DNA of 64,000 nucleotides from Ranitomeya imitator (lineage: Eukaryota). Positions 50,810 to 62,969 of this stretch are shown here, one piece after another (positions within the stretch are counted from its first letter, which is position 1; the number at the start of each line of letters is the position of its first letter). The notes beneath the pieces were generated by a model, which saw nothing but the letters and a program-made list of their open reading frames with translations, did not search any database and was not told the origin of the DNA. A program made the position numbers and the translations under genes. The stretch spans positions 101,060,001 through 101,124,000 of the forward strand of contig NC_091291.1 of the NCBI RefSeq assembly GCF_032444005.1, read 5' to 3'.

Positions 50810-52393
50810 CAGTACAGACCAAAAGTTTGGACACACCTTCTCATTTAAAGATTTTTCTGTATTTTCATGACTATGAAAATTGTACATTCACACTGAAGGC
50901 ATCAAAACAATGAATTAACACATGTGGAATTATATACTTAACAAAAAACTGTGGAACAACTGAAAAAATGTCTTATATTCTAGGTTCTTCAAAGTAGCCA
51001 CCTTTTGCTTTGATAACTGCTTTGCACACTCTTGGCATTCTCTTGATGAGCTTCAAGAGGTAGTCACCCGCAATCGTTTTCACTTCACAGGTGTTCCCTG
51101 TCAGGTTTAATAAGTGGGATTTCTTGCCTTATAAATGGAGTTGGGACCATCAGTTGTGTTGTGCAGAAGTCTGGTGGATACACAGCTGATAGTCCTACTG
51201 AATAGATTGTTAGAATTTGTATTATGGCAAGAAAAAAGCAGCTAAGTAAAGAAAAATGAGTGGCCATCATTACTTTAAGAAATAAAGTTCAGTCAGTCCA
51301 AAAAATTGGGAAAACTTTGAAAGTGTCCCCAAGTGTGGTGGCAAAAACCATCAAGCGCTACAAAGAAACTGACTCACATGAGGACCTCCCCAGGAAAGGA
51401 AGACCAAGAGTCACCTCTGCTTCTGATGATAATTTTGCAGGTTAACAGCAGCTCAGATTAGAGACCAGGTCAATGCCACACAGAGTTCTAGCAGCAGATA
51501 CATCTCTACAACAACAGTTAAGAGGAGACTTTGTGCAGCAGGCCTTCATGGTAAAATAGCTGCTAGGAAACCACTGCTAAGGACAGGCAACAAGCAGAAG
51601 AGACTTGTTTGGGCTAAAGAACACAAGGAATGCACATTAGACTAGTGGAAATCTGTGCTTTGGTCTGATGAGTCCAAATTTGAGATCTTTGGTTCCAACC
51701 ACCGTGTCTTTGTGCAGAAAAGGTGAACGGATGGACTCTACATGTCTGGTTCCCACCGTGAAGCATGGAGGAGGAGGTGTGATGGTGTGGGGGTGCTTTG
51801 CTGGTGACACTGTTGGGGATTTATTCAAAATTGAAGGCATACTGAACCAGCATGGCTACCACAGCATTTTGCAGCGGCATGCTATTCCATCCGGTTTGCG
51901 TTTAGTTGGACCATCATTTATTTTCAACAGGACAATGACCCCAAACACATCTCCAGGCTGTGTAAGGGCTATTTGACCAAGAAGGAGAGTGATGGGGTGC
52001 TACACCAGATGACCTGACCTCCACAGTCACCAGACCTGAACCCAATCGAGATGTTTGGGATGAGCTGGACCGCAGAGTGAAGGCAAAAGGGCCAACAAGT
52101 GCTAAGCATCTCTGGGAACTCCTTCAAGATTGTTGGAAGACCATTCCCGGTGACTACCTCTTGAAGCTCATCAAGAAAATGTCAAGAGTGTGCAAAGCAG
52201 TCATCAAAGCAAAAGGTGGCTACTTTGAAGAACCTAGAATATAAGACGTAATTTCAGTTGTTTCACACTTTTTTTTTAAGTATATCATTCCACATCTGTT
52301 AATTCATAGTCTTGATGCCTTCAGTGTGAATGTACAATCTTCATAGTCATGAAAAAATACAGAAAAATTTGTCCAAACTTTTGGTCTGTACTG
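50810..52393 (+). mobile_element. Full-length Tc1 element with decayed transposase (start about 51224)
   Basis: TA TSD; TIR CAGTACAGACCAAAAGTTTGGACA; VKHGGGGVMVWGCF motif; multiple stops and frameshifts. Confidence 0.92.
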
Positions 52394-52399
52394 TATGTG

Positions 52400-52467
<68 letters not shown>

Positions 52468-52711
52468 GATAGTATAATTGTATTAGATAGCAAAATAAAT
52501 ACTAAAATTGAAAATATAAGACATTTGATATGTGTTCAATTTTTATTCAATTATATTATTATATTTCTTACAATATACAATTAGCTTTATATATAGTTAT
52601 AACACGTTGGTTTTCTGAGTCAATCATTTTATACTTTTATCAATAATAATACTATTTTTTAATTATATAATTACAATTACACAAATCTAATGTATTTGCT
52701 TGATATATTAA

Positions 52712-53117
52712 AGAGGTTTCCACTTTTTTTAACATTTATGGTTTATACCTAGGATGTCTGATCAGTGAGGTTTTGACTCCATGCACCCCTGCAGATCAGC
52801 TGTTCTCAGTGTTGGCGGTCGGACTATCAGTTTCGGAGCTGCACAGCATGGCATCTTCAATGGAATAGTGGTCACGGCCGGGTACTACAGATCCGCTCTC
52901 TATTGATTTGAATAGGGGCAGATGTGCAGTACTCGGCCGCAGCCGCTAGTCAGTAGATGAAGCTGTGCTGGGCGGTACCATAACTGAGCAGTTTCAGTTG
53001 CTGCCAACACTTGAGAACAGCTGGTCGGCGGAGTGCATGGAGTCGCACCCTCACTGATCAGACATTGATGACCTATTCTAAGGATAAGCCATCAATGATA
53101 AAGTAGTGGAATCCTCT
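52712..53117. mobile_element. T2-type MITE sharing its right TTAA with the next MITE
   Basis: TTAA at 52708-52711 and 53118-53121; AGAGG...CCTCT termini; internal inverted repeats. Confidence 0.7.
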
Positions 53118-53364
53118 TTAAAGGGACTCTGTCACCTGAATTTGGAGGGCACAATCTTCAGCCATAGGGGCGGGGTTTTCGGGTGTTTGATTCACCCTTT
53201 CCTTACCCAGTGGCGTATCCAGGGGGGGGCAGGCGGGGCATTTGCCCCGGGCGCAGCTGACAGGGGGCGCCAGCGGGGCCGCCTGAATTGATGATGTGAT
53301 GCGGCATTGCAGCTGTTAAAAGCCAGGCTCCTCGTCGGCGCCCGGCACATTCTGCCGCCCGCGG

Positions 53365-54114
53365 TGTTGTGAATTCTGTGGCTGAGTTCACTTCTGTGGT
53401 CACAAGTGGTATTGCAGTCTCTGGGCTTCCTCCCTCAGGTGTTTTGGTGAGCTCGTTGGCTGCCTTGCTATTTAGCTCCACCTGAGTCTGTCTTCCTGGC
53501 TCCTTGTCAATGTTCCAGTGTTGGATCTGAGCTACTGCATCTTTCCTTGGGCCTGCTGCTCTGCTAGATAAGTGCTTCTAGTTTGTTTTCTGTTTTTTTC
53601 TGTCCAGCTTGCTATTGTCTTTTGCTGGAAGCTCTGAGAAGCAGAGGGGTGCACCGCCGTGCTGTTAGTTCGGCACGGTGGGTCTTTTTGCCCCTTTGCG
53701 TGGTTTTCGTTTTAGGGTTTTTTGTAGACTGCATAGTTCTCTTTGCTATCCTCGCTCTGTCTAGAATATCGGGCCTCACTTTGCTGAATCTATTTCATTC
53801 CTACGTTTGTCTTTTCATCTTGCTAACAGTCATTATATGTGGGGGGCTGCCTATTCCTTTGGGGTATTTCTCTGAGGTAAGTCAGGCTTGTATTTCTATC
53901 TTCAGGCTAGTCAGCTCCTCAGGCAGTGCCGAGTTGCATAGGTAGTTGTTAGGCGCAATCCACTGCTGCTTATAGTTGTGTGAGGATAGATCAGGTACTG
54001 CAGTCTACAGAGATTCCACGTCTCAGAGCTCGTCCTATTGTTTTTGGTTATTGCCAGATCTCTGTATGTGCGCTGATTACTGCACGCTGTGTTGCCTGAT
54101 TGCCAGCCATAACA
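53365..54114. mobile_element. 750-bp solo LTR nested in the hAT element
   Basis: TGTT...AACA termini; 6-bp TSD CCGCGG on both sides. Confidence 0.75.
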
Positions 54115-54589
54115 CCGCGGCCCGTCCTCCCCCCCCCCCCCCCGCAGTGAGATAATCCCGTGCCGCTGGAGGTTCGCTTGCTTCAAGGAAGGAGCCCCTT
54201 CCTTTTCAGTCTAAGCGCCTGGCCGGCTGCGCCCCGCCCCCTGACGACCGCTGAGAGGCACAGGCTGACGTCACAGTCTGACTGAGCGTGTGACTCACTG
54301 TGACACATCTCACACAGGCAGGCTGCTTCATAACCGCTGGTCGTTCGTTGCGCCCCTGTACCGGTGACTGAGACTCGGTTTGTTCGTTCGCTCGGGGTTC
54401 GGGCGTGTCGTCGTGCAGTCAGTGCTCGTGTGTAGTATTACTAGTAGTCACTCACTGTAGGAGGAGGGGGAGCCGGGGAGGGAGCGCTCAGCAGCGGCCA
54501 GGGCAGGGGCAAGTTGCAAACTGGGTATGTAACGAGACTGTCAGACTCACTCACTCACTGTTGTGAGAATGAGTCTGACGACTGTGATG

Positions 54590-55257
54590 GGGGCACAGAT
54601 CAGGACAGTATGGGGGCAAAGATCTGGACATTATGGGGGCACAAATCTGGACAGTATGGGCCATAATGTCCAGATTTGTGCCCCCATAATGTCCAGATCT
54701 GTGCCCCCATACTGTCCAGATTTGTGCCCCCATACTGTCCAGATGTGTGCCCCCATACTGTCCACATCTGTGCCCCCATACTGTCCACATCAATGCCCCC
54801 ATACTGTCCACATCTGTGCCCCCATACTGTCTACATCTGTGCCCCCAAAGGGGGCACAAATCTGGATAGTATGGGGGCACAAATCTGGACAGTATGGGGG
54901 CACAAATCTGGACATATGGGGGCACAAATCTGGACAGTATGGGCCATAATGTCCAGATTTGTGCCCCCATAATGTCCAGATTTGTGCCCCCCATACTGTC
55001 CTGATCTGTGCCCCCATACTGTCCAGATTTGTGCCCCCATACTGTCCAGATCTGTGCCCCCATACTGTCCAGATCTGTGCCCCCATACTGTCCAGATCTC
55101 TGCCCCCATACTGTCCACATCTGTGCCCCCATACTGTCCACATCTGTGCCCCAAAGGGGACACAAATCTGGATAGTATGGGGGCACAAATCTGGACAGTA
55201 TGGGCCATAATGTCCAGATTTGTGCCCCCATACTGTCCAGATTTGTGCCCCTTATAC
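54590..55257. repeat. 21-22-bp minisatellite (ATACTGTCCAGATTTGTGCCCCC) in alternately inverted blocks
   Basis: Orientation flips at about 54660, 54848, 54945, 55153 and 55205. Confidence 0.9.
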
Positions 55258-56070
55258 TGTGGGGGAGGGGGGGGGGCGCCGAACTGATCCTTTGCCCCGG
55301 GTGCAGGAAAGGCTAGATACACCTCTGTCCTTACCCGCTGGCTGCAACATTGGATTGAAGTTCAGTCTCTGTCCTCCGTAGTACACACCTGCGCAAGGCA
55401 AGATTGCCTTATGCAGGCATGTACTACGGAGGACAGAGAATGAACTTCAATCCAATATTGCAGCCAGCATGCAGCCAGCGGGTAAGGAAAGGGTGAATCA
55501 AACACCCGAAAACCCCGCCCCTATGGCTGAAGATTGTTCCCTCCAAATTCAGGTGACAGAGTCCCTTTAATCTTTTGAAACAGAGCAATGAAAATGAAAC
55601 AATAATACAAAAAATAACATATAAAGACATCTTAAAACCTACAGATAAGTACTGCAATCCGTTTTATTACAAGGTTCACAGCAAATTCCATACAGTTATA
55701 CAGTATGTGCTCCTTCTCATTTTTTTTTTAATATATCCTTTATTCCACATATTTTTTCCTCTTCTTACAGTTCTAGAACTTCTAATTCCACTGCAAATCC
55801 TGAGAAACAGAATAGAAAACCTCACTTCTCTCAGCGTCAGTAGTACCGGTGGTGAGAGCACTGTATTAATGACGTCGTGATTGCAGAACATCTCTGTGGA
55901 TGTGAGTTCAAGTACCAACTGGGCTTCTTTGTTTTTTTTTTTTTTAAATAATAACAAAATAAGATCTGCTGTAAATAGAATGTTACAATGTGTCTCATGA
56001 AAAATGTATCACTGCCTTTGTTATGAAAGAGCTAATTTTTGCGCCTTAATTATTTTATTTGTACCTGCTC

Positions 56071-56083
56071 TGTAGGTGGCGCT
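56071..56083 (+). promoter_or_regulatory. CTCF-like motif (CTGTAGGTGGCGCT)
   Basis: Matches the 3' half of the CTCF core; unverified. Confidence 0.35.
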
Positions 56084-56317
56084 GTTTGCACTGCACTGTA
56101 CAGGCTTCACCTGGAGACAGAACAATACAAATAATACTGCCACACTTTGCATTTATAATACCGTCATATAATAACATTGACATATAGTGATTCCCATACA
56201 TGTTCACTTTGTCTACCTGCAGTCAGTGAGTAGGAATATTTTTATTTTCATCCAAGGCTAAACACCCTGTAGACATATACACTTGCATAGATGACTCACA
56301 TGGATAGGATACACGGA

Positions 56318-56407
56318 GCTCCAGTGGCGCAATCGGTTAGCGCGCGGTACTTATAAGACAGTAGCTGAGCAATGCCGAGGTTGTGAGTTCAAGCCTCACC
56401 TGGAGCA
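56318..56407 (+). tRNA. trnI-UAU: tRNA-Ile(UAU) with a 16-nt intron (56356-56371); anticodon TAT 56352-56354
   Basis: GCTCCAGTGGCGCAATCGGTTAGCGCGCGGTACTTATA-[intron]-ATGCCGAGGTTGTGAGTTCAAGCCTCACCTGGAGCA; intact acceptor stem, A and B boxes. Confidence 0.95.
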
Positions 56408-56409
56408 GG

Positions 56410-56415
56410 TTTTTT
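56410..56415 (+). terminator. Pol III terminator (T6) of the tRNA-Ile gene
   Basis: TTTTTT 3 nt after the discriminator base. Confidence 0.85.
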
Positions 56416-57239
56416 GCCAGATTCTGCATTTTCCCCTACCCCCTTTGGTGATTTTCACTCTTATGTTTGCTCAATAGTCATTTCAATAGCAAACACTAAA
56501 GCTATGGCACCTCAATAAAGATAAAACCTTAATCCTGGAAAATAACAAGTTCCGCTACTTTCTCATATACTTTGTACTTAAAGGGTTTGTCCTGTGAAAA
56601 CAAGTTATCACCTATCTGCAGCATAGTGGACTGACCTCTGGGATCTGCACCGATCAGCGGAAAGGGGAGCCTTATACCCAGTACAAAATGGAGCAGCAGG
56701 TGAGATGGACAACCACAGCTCAACTCATTTTCTATGGAGCTGCCGGTAAAAGCAGAAGGCAGCGTTTGGCAGCACCATGGGGAATGAATGCAGCGGTGGC
56801 GGGGCATGTGCACTGCGCTCCATTCTAACAAGGATAACAGTACTGATTGGGGCAAGTCCCAGTGTTTCTGCCTCCACTGATCAATAAGTTGTAACCTGTC
56901 CGGTAAAAAGGTAAAAAGGTTATAGCTTTCACTAGGATCAACCCTCCTTAGCAGGAGTGACTGAATAATACCGCATACAAGGAACAAATACCACCACACC
57001 ATGATCAGTCCTCATATTACCACCAAATGGTGGCCGAATTATGCCACATACAAAAAACAAATACCGTCACATCATTAACCGATCACATATTACCATCACA
57101 TTGTAACTGAATAATACCACATGCAAGGGAGAAATACTGCCGCACCACGAGAAGACCACAATTACCACCACATAATGACCAAATAATACAATAGTGATCA
57201 TTAATTTAAAAAAAACCACAATACTAAATGCCATTACAC

Positions 57240-58080
57240 ACAGGAACTCTGCATATATTGTCAGTGTACAGGAAATACAGTGATCACCAGTGACGTTATA
57301 CACAGGAGCTCTGTATATAGTGTCAGTGTACAGGTAGTACAGAGATCACCAGTGACATTATACACAGGAGCTCGGTATATAGTGTCAGTGTACAGGTAAT
57401 ACACTGATCACCGGTGACATTATAGACAGGAGCTCTGTATATAGTGTCAGTGCACAGGTAATGCAGTGATCACCAGTGACTTTATACACAGGAGCTCTGT
57501 ATATAGTGTCAGTGCACAGGTAATGCAGTGATCACCAGTGACATTATACACAGGAGAGCTGTATGCATTGTCAGGGTACAGGTAATACAATGATCGCCGG
57601 TGACATTATAGACAGGAGCTCTGTATATAGTGTATAATGTACAGGTAATACAGTGATCACCAGTGACATTATACACAGGAGCTCTGTATATAGTGTCAGT
57701 GCACATGTAATGCAGTGATCACCAGTGACATTATACACAGGAGAGCTGTATGCATTGTCAGGGTACAGGTAATACAGTGATCGCCGGTGACATTATAGAC
57801 AGGAGCTCTGTATATAGTGTATAATGTACAGGTAATACAGTGATCACCAGTGACATTATACACAGGAGCTCTGTATATAGTGTCAGTGCACAGGTAATGC
57901 AGTGATCACCAGTGACACATTATACACAGGAGAGCTGAATGCATTGTCAGGGTACAGGTAATACAGTGATCACCGGTGACATTATAGACAGGAGCTCTGT
58001 ATATAGTGTATAATGTACAGGTAATACAGGGGTCACCACTGACAATATACACAGGAGCTCTGTATATAGTGTCAGTGTAC
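57240..58080. repeat. ~62-64-bp minisatellite followed by (TATC)n
   Basis: Tandem CAGGAGCTCTGTATATAGTGTCAGTGTACAGGTAATACAGTGATCACCAGTGACATTATACA units. Confidence 0.95.
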
Positions 58081-59846
58081 AGTGTCTATTATCTATCTAT
58101 CTATCAATCTATCTATCTATCTAGCTATCTATCTATCCATCCATCTATCCATACACCCATCTATCTTATTTCTAGCACAATAGGAACATTGTTTTACTCC
58201 ACCATGATCACAGACGCATTCTCTCATCTCCTCCAGTTCACTGTAACTTTATGTTAAATATGAAACAGCAGATCCTGAATTTCCAGTCACACAGACCCAT
58301 CACAGACATGTCCGGGGGCAGCCACATCCCTGCTATGTGCAGAGTGGATCTCACTGGAGGTCAGAAGCATCGCTGTCTTGTCGACATATAATTCCCTGAT
58401 AAATGATAATGAAGTGGTCAGTTATTGTGTCTCAGGATCAGACATCATTGCTGTGTGATATCACTTACAGAGAACCTGTCACCAGGTCAAAATGGTCCTG
58501 TTTTTACTCCCATTATATTTCCACCGCTCCCCTGAATATTCTGTTATTTTTTAGTTATTTTTATAAATCCGTCATATTGTAGCAGAGGTATGGGACTTTT
58601 TATTTAGTGTTAATTATTATTGCCTTTACAAAGGGGCGGTACTCGCAAGATAATTATTCAGAGAACTCTAAAGACACGCCCCCGAGGATCCTGTGAGCCA
58701 CAGCCCATTGTAAAGACCGTAAAAATTAGCACTAAATAAACAGGGCCGTATCTCTGGAGGCATATGGTGGGTTTCAACAAAAAAGCACACAAAATGGATT
58801 CTTAAGGGGAGCCGTGGGAATATAATGGGAGCAATAACTGGTCACTTTTGACCTGGTGAAAGGTCTTCTTTAAATGAGCGTTACATTAGAGTCTGTGGTG
58901 TTTGTGAAAAATAGTAGGAGTCACAGATTGCTGAAAATTCAACCAAGCCCATTCAGAGTCATCCTTAAAGTCAGTGCTCCCCAGCTACTGCAGGACAGTA
59001 ACCCTCAACCTGCCTTAAAGCTGTCAGGGCAGGCTGAGGTTTGTAGTTCCAAAAAAGTTTGGAGAGACCCTTTTTGACAACCAGTGGCGCAGTCAGCGGT
59101 GTGGCTATAAGGGGACCAGAAATAGCATTTGCATCTGAATTCTGCCATGTGAGGGGACACAAAGGCCATGAGTGACCTGACAACTCCCACCCATCTGAAT
59201 TTTATATGGGTATCATCGGGGGCATAACTATAAAAGGTGCAGGGGTTTCAATCGCACCCGGGGCCCTGGAGCCTAGGGGGGCCAAAAAGTTGGAGCTTTG
59301 CATTCGGGCCCCTGAGATTCAAGTTATGCCATGAAAACACAGTACCTGTACTGCCTTGGCTCTATCAGTCTCATAGACAATGAATGGAGGATGGTGCACA
59401 TACTCGGCCATTGCTCTATACAGATGGAGGGATTGATTGTCTATGCAGCGATCGGCAACTTATCTCATATCCAGTTGATAGTTCATGTTGTTATGGCGGG
59501 ACAACCCCATTAAACGTGTCGGGGGCATATTTGCTTATCTAGGTCGTACTCCTACAGTGTGGCCATAGAGCAGTAACACAATACTCAGTTCCACCCTGGG
59601 GGCAATCACCGCTGTGTGACGGCTCCTTGCCCCCTTCATGTGGCAGCAGGTTGCAAACACTATGGGTGGAACTTTCCCAGGTCTTGACAGCGCGGCCATG
59701 TGTACGGACCCCGCGTCCTTTATACAGCACACATGCCTGACATCTGGGGGGGGGAGTGAGGAGTGTGTGTGTGTGTTCTTTCTTTTTTTGGCTAGGATGA
59801 CTTCAGAAGCATGAATGAAAGTGGCTGTTGTCCTGCGGCCGCAGTG

Positions 59847-59920
59847 ATTGGACTCTGAGTGTGGGAAACCATGTGTTGGCTGCCGTCCATACATTCACAT
59901 ACTGAGGAAGGGGTATAAAA
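59847..59920 (+). promoter_or_regulatory. hes5-D promoter: ATTGG 59847-59851, RBPJ TGTGGGAA 59860-59867, TATAAAA 59914-59920
   Basis: Same spacing as A/B/C. Confidence 0.8.
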
Positions 59921-59953
59921 AGAGCATCGAACCATCACATTAAACAGAACCCT

Positions 59954-61349
59954 ATGATGATGGCAGCGAACAGCGCTCTGTGCACCATATCTAAGGAATA
60001 CGCATCAGAAACCCTCACCACAAAAGTGAAAAATAGGGTAAATTCATATTAACTATATATATATATAATTTTTTTTTCTAATGTCAGTGTTACAATTGCT
60101 ATAAAAAATATATCTTTTTCTTCTTGACCAGATGAGAAAGCCAGTTGTAGAAAAGATGAGACGGGATCGCATTAATAGCAGCATCAACCAACTGCGGAAA
60201 CTTCTAGAGCAAGAATTCCAGCTTCTCCAGCCAGACTCCAAGCCGGAGAAGGCTGACGTCCTGGAAATAGCCGTACAATTCCTTAAACAGCAGCAGAGAT
60301 GCACCCACCAAGGTAAGATTAAAAACTGCAAAAGAAAAAAAAAGTTTGCAAAACTTTTAGAATTGTTCTGTGTGCCCCCTAGTGGGTAGATTTGGTATTA
60401 CACCATCTAACTTCAATCTTTTCTCTTTTTATAATCACTGCTATAATTAATCTTTTTTTAATGCACGGGGAATAAAAATGTGAAGATCTACAATACTTAT
60501 TTGATACTTGATTGCATATGGATTCTATATGCATGTAAAGGATCGTTTCAAAAATGATCAAGGATAGCAATCGTATATGAAAGCTGGACATCTGTATGAG
60601 CCCTAATAGTGACCACTGACAAATAATATAACTTATTACTCCTTATGTGCCCAAACGTGCCGTCTACCTTTGCAATCACTATAAATTACATAATGTGACT
60701 TCTCCCGAGCTAGGCACTACTGGGGGGACTGGGCTGAGCCAGGAGTGGGAATGAAACCCACCTAAATTCCCATGCCTGAAAATGGAAGTATTCCGCACAA
60801 CCATCTGGTGAATAAAATGTTGATATTTATTAGAGACGTCTTAAAACATTGGATCCATTCGAAATAGGTTAAAACTGGCAATACAAATCCTCTAGCCCAC
60901 TATGATCACCCACCTACTACAGGGATCTCGGCTTTTGAATTTTCGGCAAGTGTGGGGAGCTTCCAACTTATACCTAAATTGCCACCACCAATGTTTGGAC
61001 ATCTGGCAATTCCCTATCCTATATAAATTGTATTCCTGTGACTATATACTATTTATTACATAGGACTGCCATTGCAATGTTTCACTAGTTTGATGTTATT
61101 CTTTTAGGAATGAAATCAGTTCATGGAGCAGATCACCAGGAATACAGACATGGCTACTCCAAGTGTCTTTATGAAGCCCTCTCATATCTATCAGCCCATC
61201 ACACGGGGCAGGAGGCGCAGCTCCACTTACTGAATCACTTCCAGCAGCTGGAGAGCCAACCGAGAAATCTCAGCTGCCTCCAGACACCTCCTAAGCAGCA
61301 ACAACAGCCTCTCATGGCCAACACCAAGTTCTTGTGGAGACCCTGGTAG
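59954..61349 (+). CDS. hes5: HES5-like repressor (gene D), 168 aa from the first of three tandem ATGs; exons 59954-60037, 60132-60312, 61108-61349
   Basis: GT-AG junctions in phase; [29 protein letters not shown]...KPEKADVLEI / YRHGYSKCLYEALSYL...FLWRPW-stop. Confidence 0.95.
60373..60385 (-). promoter_or_regulatory. CTCF-like motif (CCACTAGGGGGCA) in hes5-D intron 2
   Basis: Close match to the CTCF core; unverified. Confidence 0.45.
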
Positions 61350-61395
61350 ACGATCCACATCATTTCTTAGAGACATATCATTCATATGATTCTAT

Positions 61396-61532
61396 GGCGG
61401 TGAGTTCTCCTTCAATGGAAGTCTTCAGAGGCTGGATGGACATCTGTCGGAGATGGTTTAGTGAATCCTGCATGGAGCAGGGGGTTGGACACGATGACCC
61501 TGGAGGTCCTTCCAACTCTACCATTCTATGAT
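61396..61532 (+). mobile_element. CR1 LINE 3'-end fragment just after the hes5-D stop codon
   Basis: GGGGTTGGACACGATGACCCTGGAGGTCCTTCCAACTCTACCATTCTATGAT is a typical CR1 tail. Confidence 0.75.
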
Positions 61533-62955
61533 AAGTGGTGAGGACTTGCAAAAAGGTGGGACTTCCTCTTATGTTCCGAGTGTCTGCTTCATAATGAAGA
61601 TGCACTTAAATCGGACCATCGCTTGCTATAAATACGCCGCCGTTCTCCTGAATCCGGAGATGTTTCTTTTATGTTCTTACATTTTTCCATCCTGAGATGA
61701 AGCCCCTTCTTCCCCTCTATGTAAATGTAGGGTTCTTTTTTTTTTTTTTGCAAAATGGGTGTGATCATGATCATGAACTCTTCTTTGCGGGTGTCTTTAT
61801 GAGGACCACGCCAAGTTCGCTAAAAAGACTAGATTTATAGAGAAGAAAGATGGGACCATATCTCAGGAGGAGAAAGGATGAAATGAACAACTTCTTTAAG
61901 TGCCTAGATACAAATCCAATCTTCAGCATGAAGGGTTAACTATATAATAGGTCATCATTCTGAGCGAGCACGTTACATTGGTGGGAGCCAAGCCTGCAGA
62001 CCAGTCCAATAATTTGATAAGAACCAGACAACCCCCTATAAGGTAAAATGTAATGCAATTAATACACCTTCCAAGAGTTGGTGCCATATTACTTAAAGGG
62101 GTTGTCCAGGCTGGGGGCTCATCTGCAGTTACTATGTGCACACTGTCAGGATTCTCCGGTGGTCATGTGACTGCAAGTATGCGATCTACACACATGAGGT
62201 CACATGCCGACTAGACGTGCACAGAATCACCCAATGCAATCATATTGAGCGAGGTAGGACAAGTCTAGTCGGAATGTGGCCGGAAGCATACAAAAGACAT
62301 AGACCCACAAGTGGGCTGTGTAGCGAACCTCAATTGGTCGGTGAATCCTTTACTGTTACCTATGGCAACACTGTAATAACTAGATTCAATGTATAGCTAT
62401 TAAATTATTATGTTTTTATTTTGAATAAACCTTGCAGATTTTGTACAGTTTATTAAGGAAAGGAGTAATTAATCTTTAGAAGATGCATATGGGTGTACAT
62501 TTTTTAATCTTTGTGAAAAGCTTATAATACATTTTTATTTCTTCAAATGTGAATAATTGTGCAGTTTTTATTGTGCATTTCGGCGGTACCTTTACTACTG
62601 CCCGAAAAAATAGAATACAGTGCAGCTGAAAATAATAATAGCATCAAAAAATGCTGCAAAAACGCAACATGTGAACATAAGCCCAAGTAAGATCCCCAGG
62701 TTCCTAAGTACTAGTATGACAATAAGACCTTATATGAGGCGTTCCCTGTCATTTTATATTCGATCAATATTCAGTTTGTTGGGAAAACGCTCATCTGAGA
62801 CGCTATTTCTTTTTCACACAAGCAATACAAAAAAAATGAAATAAGTGCCCTCTGAATGAGGCCACACAGTGCCAATGGTAACCAATCACACAGGTCCCGA
62901 CTGGGGCAATGTTTGCACTTCCTAAATAAACTCCACTGGGATTTCCAGTGCTAGA

Positions 62956-62969
62956 GCGCCATCTGCTGG
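62956..62969 (-). promoter_or_regulatory. CTCF-like motif (CCAGCAGATGGCGC)
   Basis: Strong match to the CTCF core; unverified. Confidence 0.5.

Larger units (their letters stand above)
53208..55327. mobile_element. Non-autonomous hAT element nested in the T2 MITE
   Basis: 8-bp TSD TCCTTACC (53200-53207, 55328-55335); TIR CAG(T/A)GG(C/T)GTATC. Confidence 0.85.
53122..55566. mobile_element. T2/Kolobok-type MITE, interrupted by a hAT element
   Basis: TTAA flanks; the two halves rejoin into a copy of the 47656-47983 family. Confidence 0.9.

Noticed and set aside
56318-56407. tRNA-derived SINE or pseudogene rather than a real tRNA
   Set aside because: Full cloverleaf with intron at the canonical 37/38 position, intact stems and an immediate T6 terminator; no SINE body or tail.
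958-61349. Assigning Xenopus-style numbers (hes5.3-hes5.10, esr names) or a species name
   Set aside because: Needs phylogeny and synteny that cannot be computed here; only the hes5 family call is supported.
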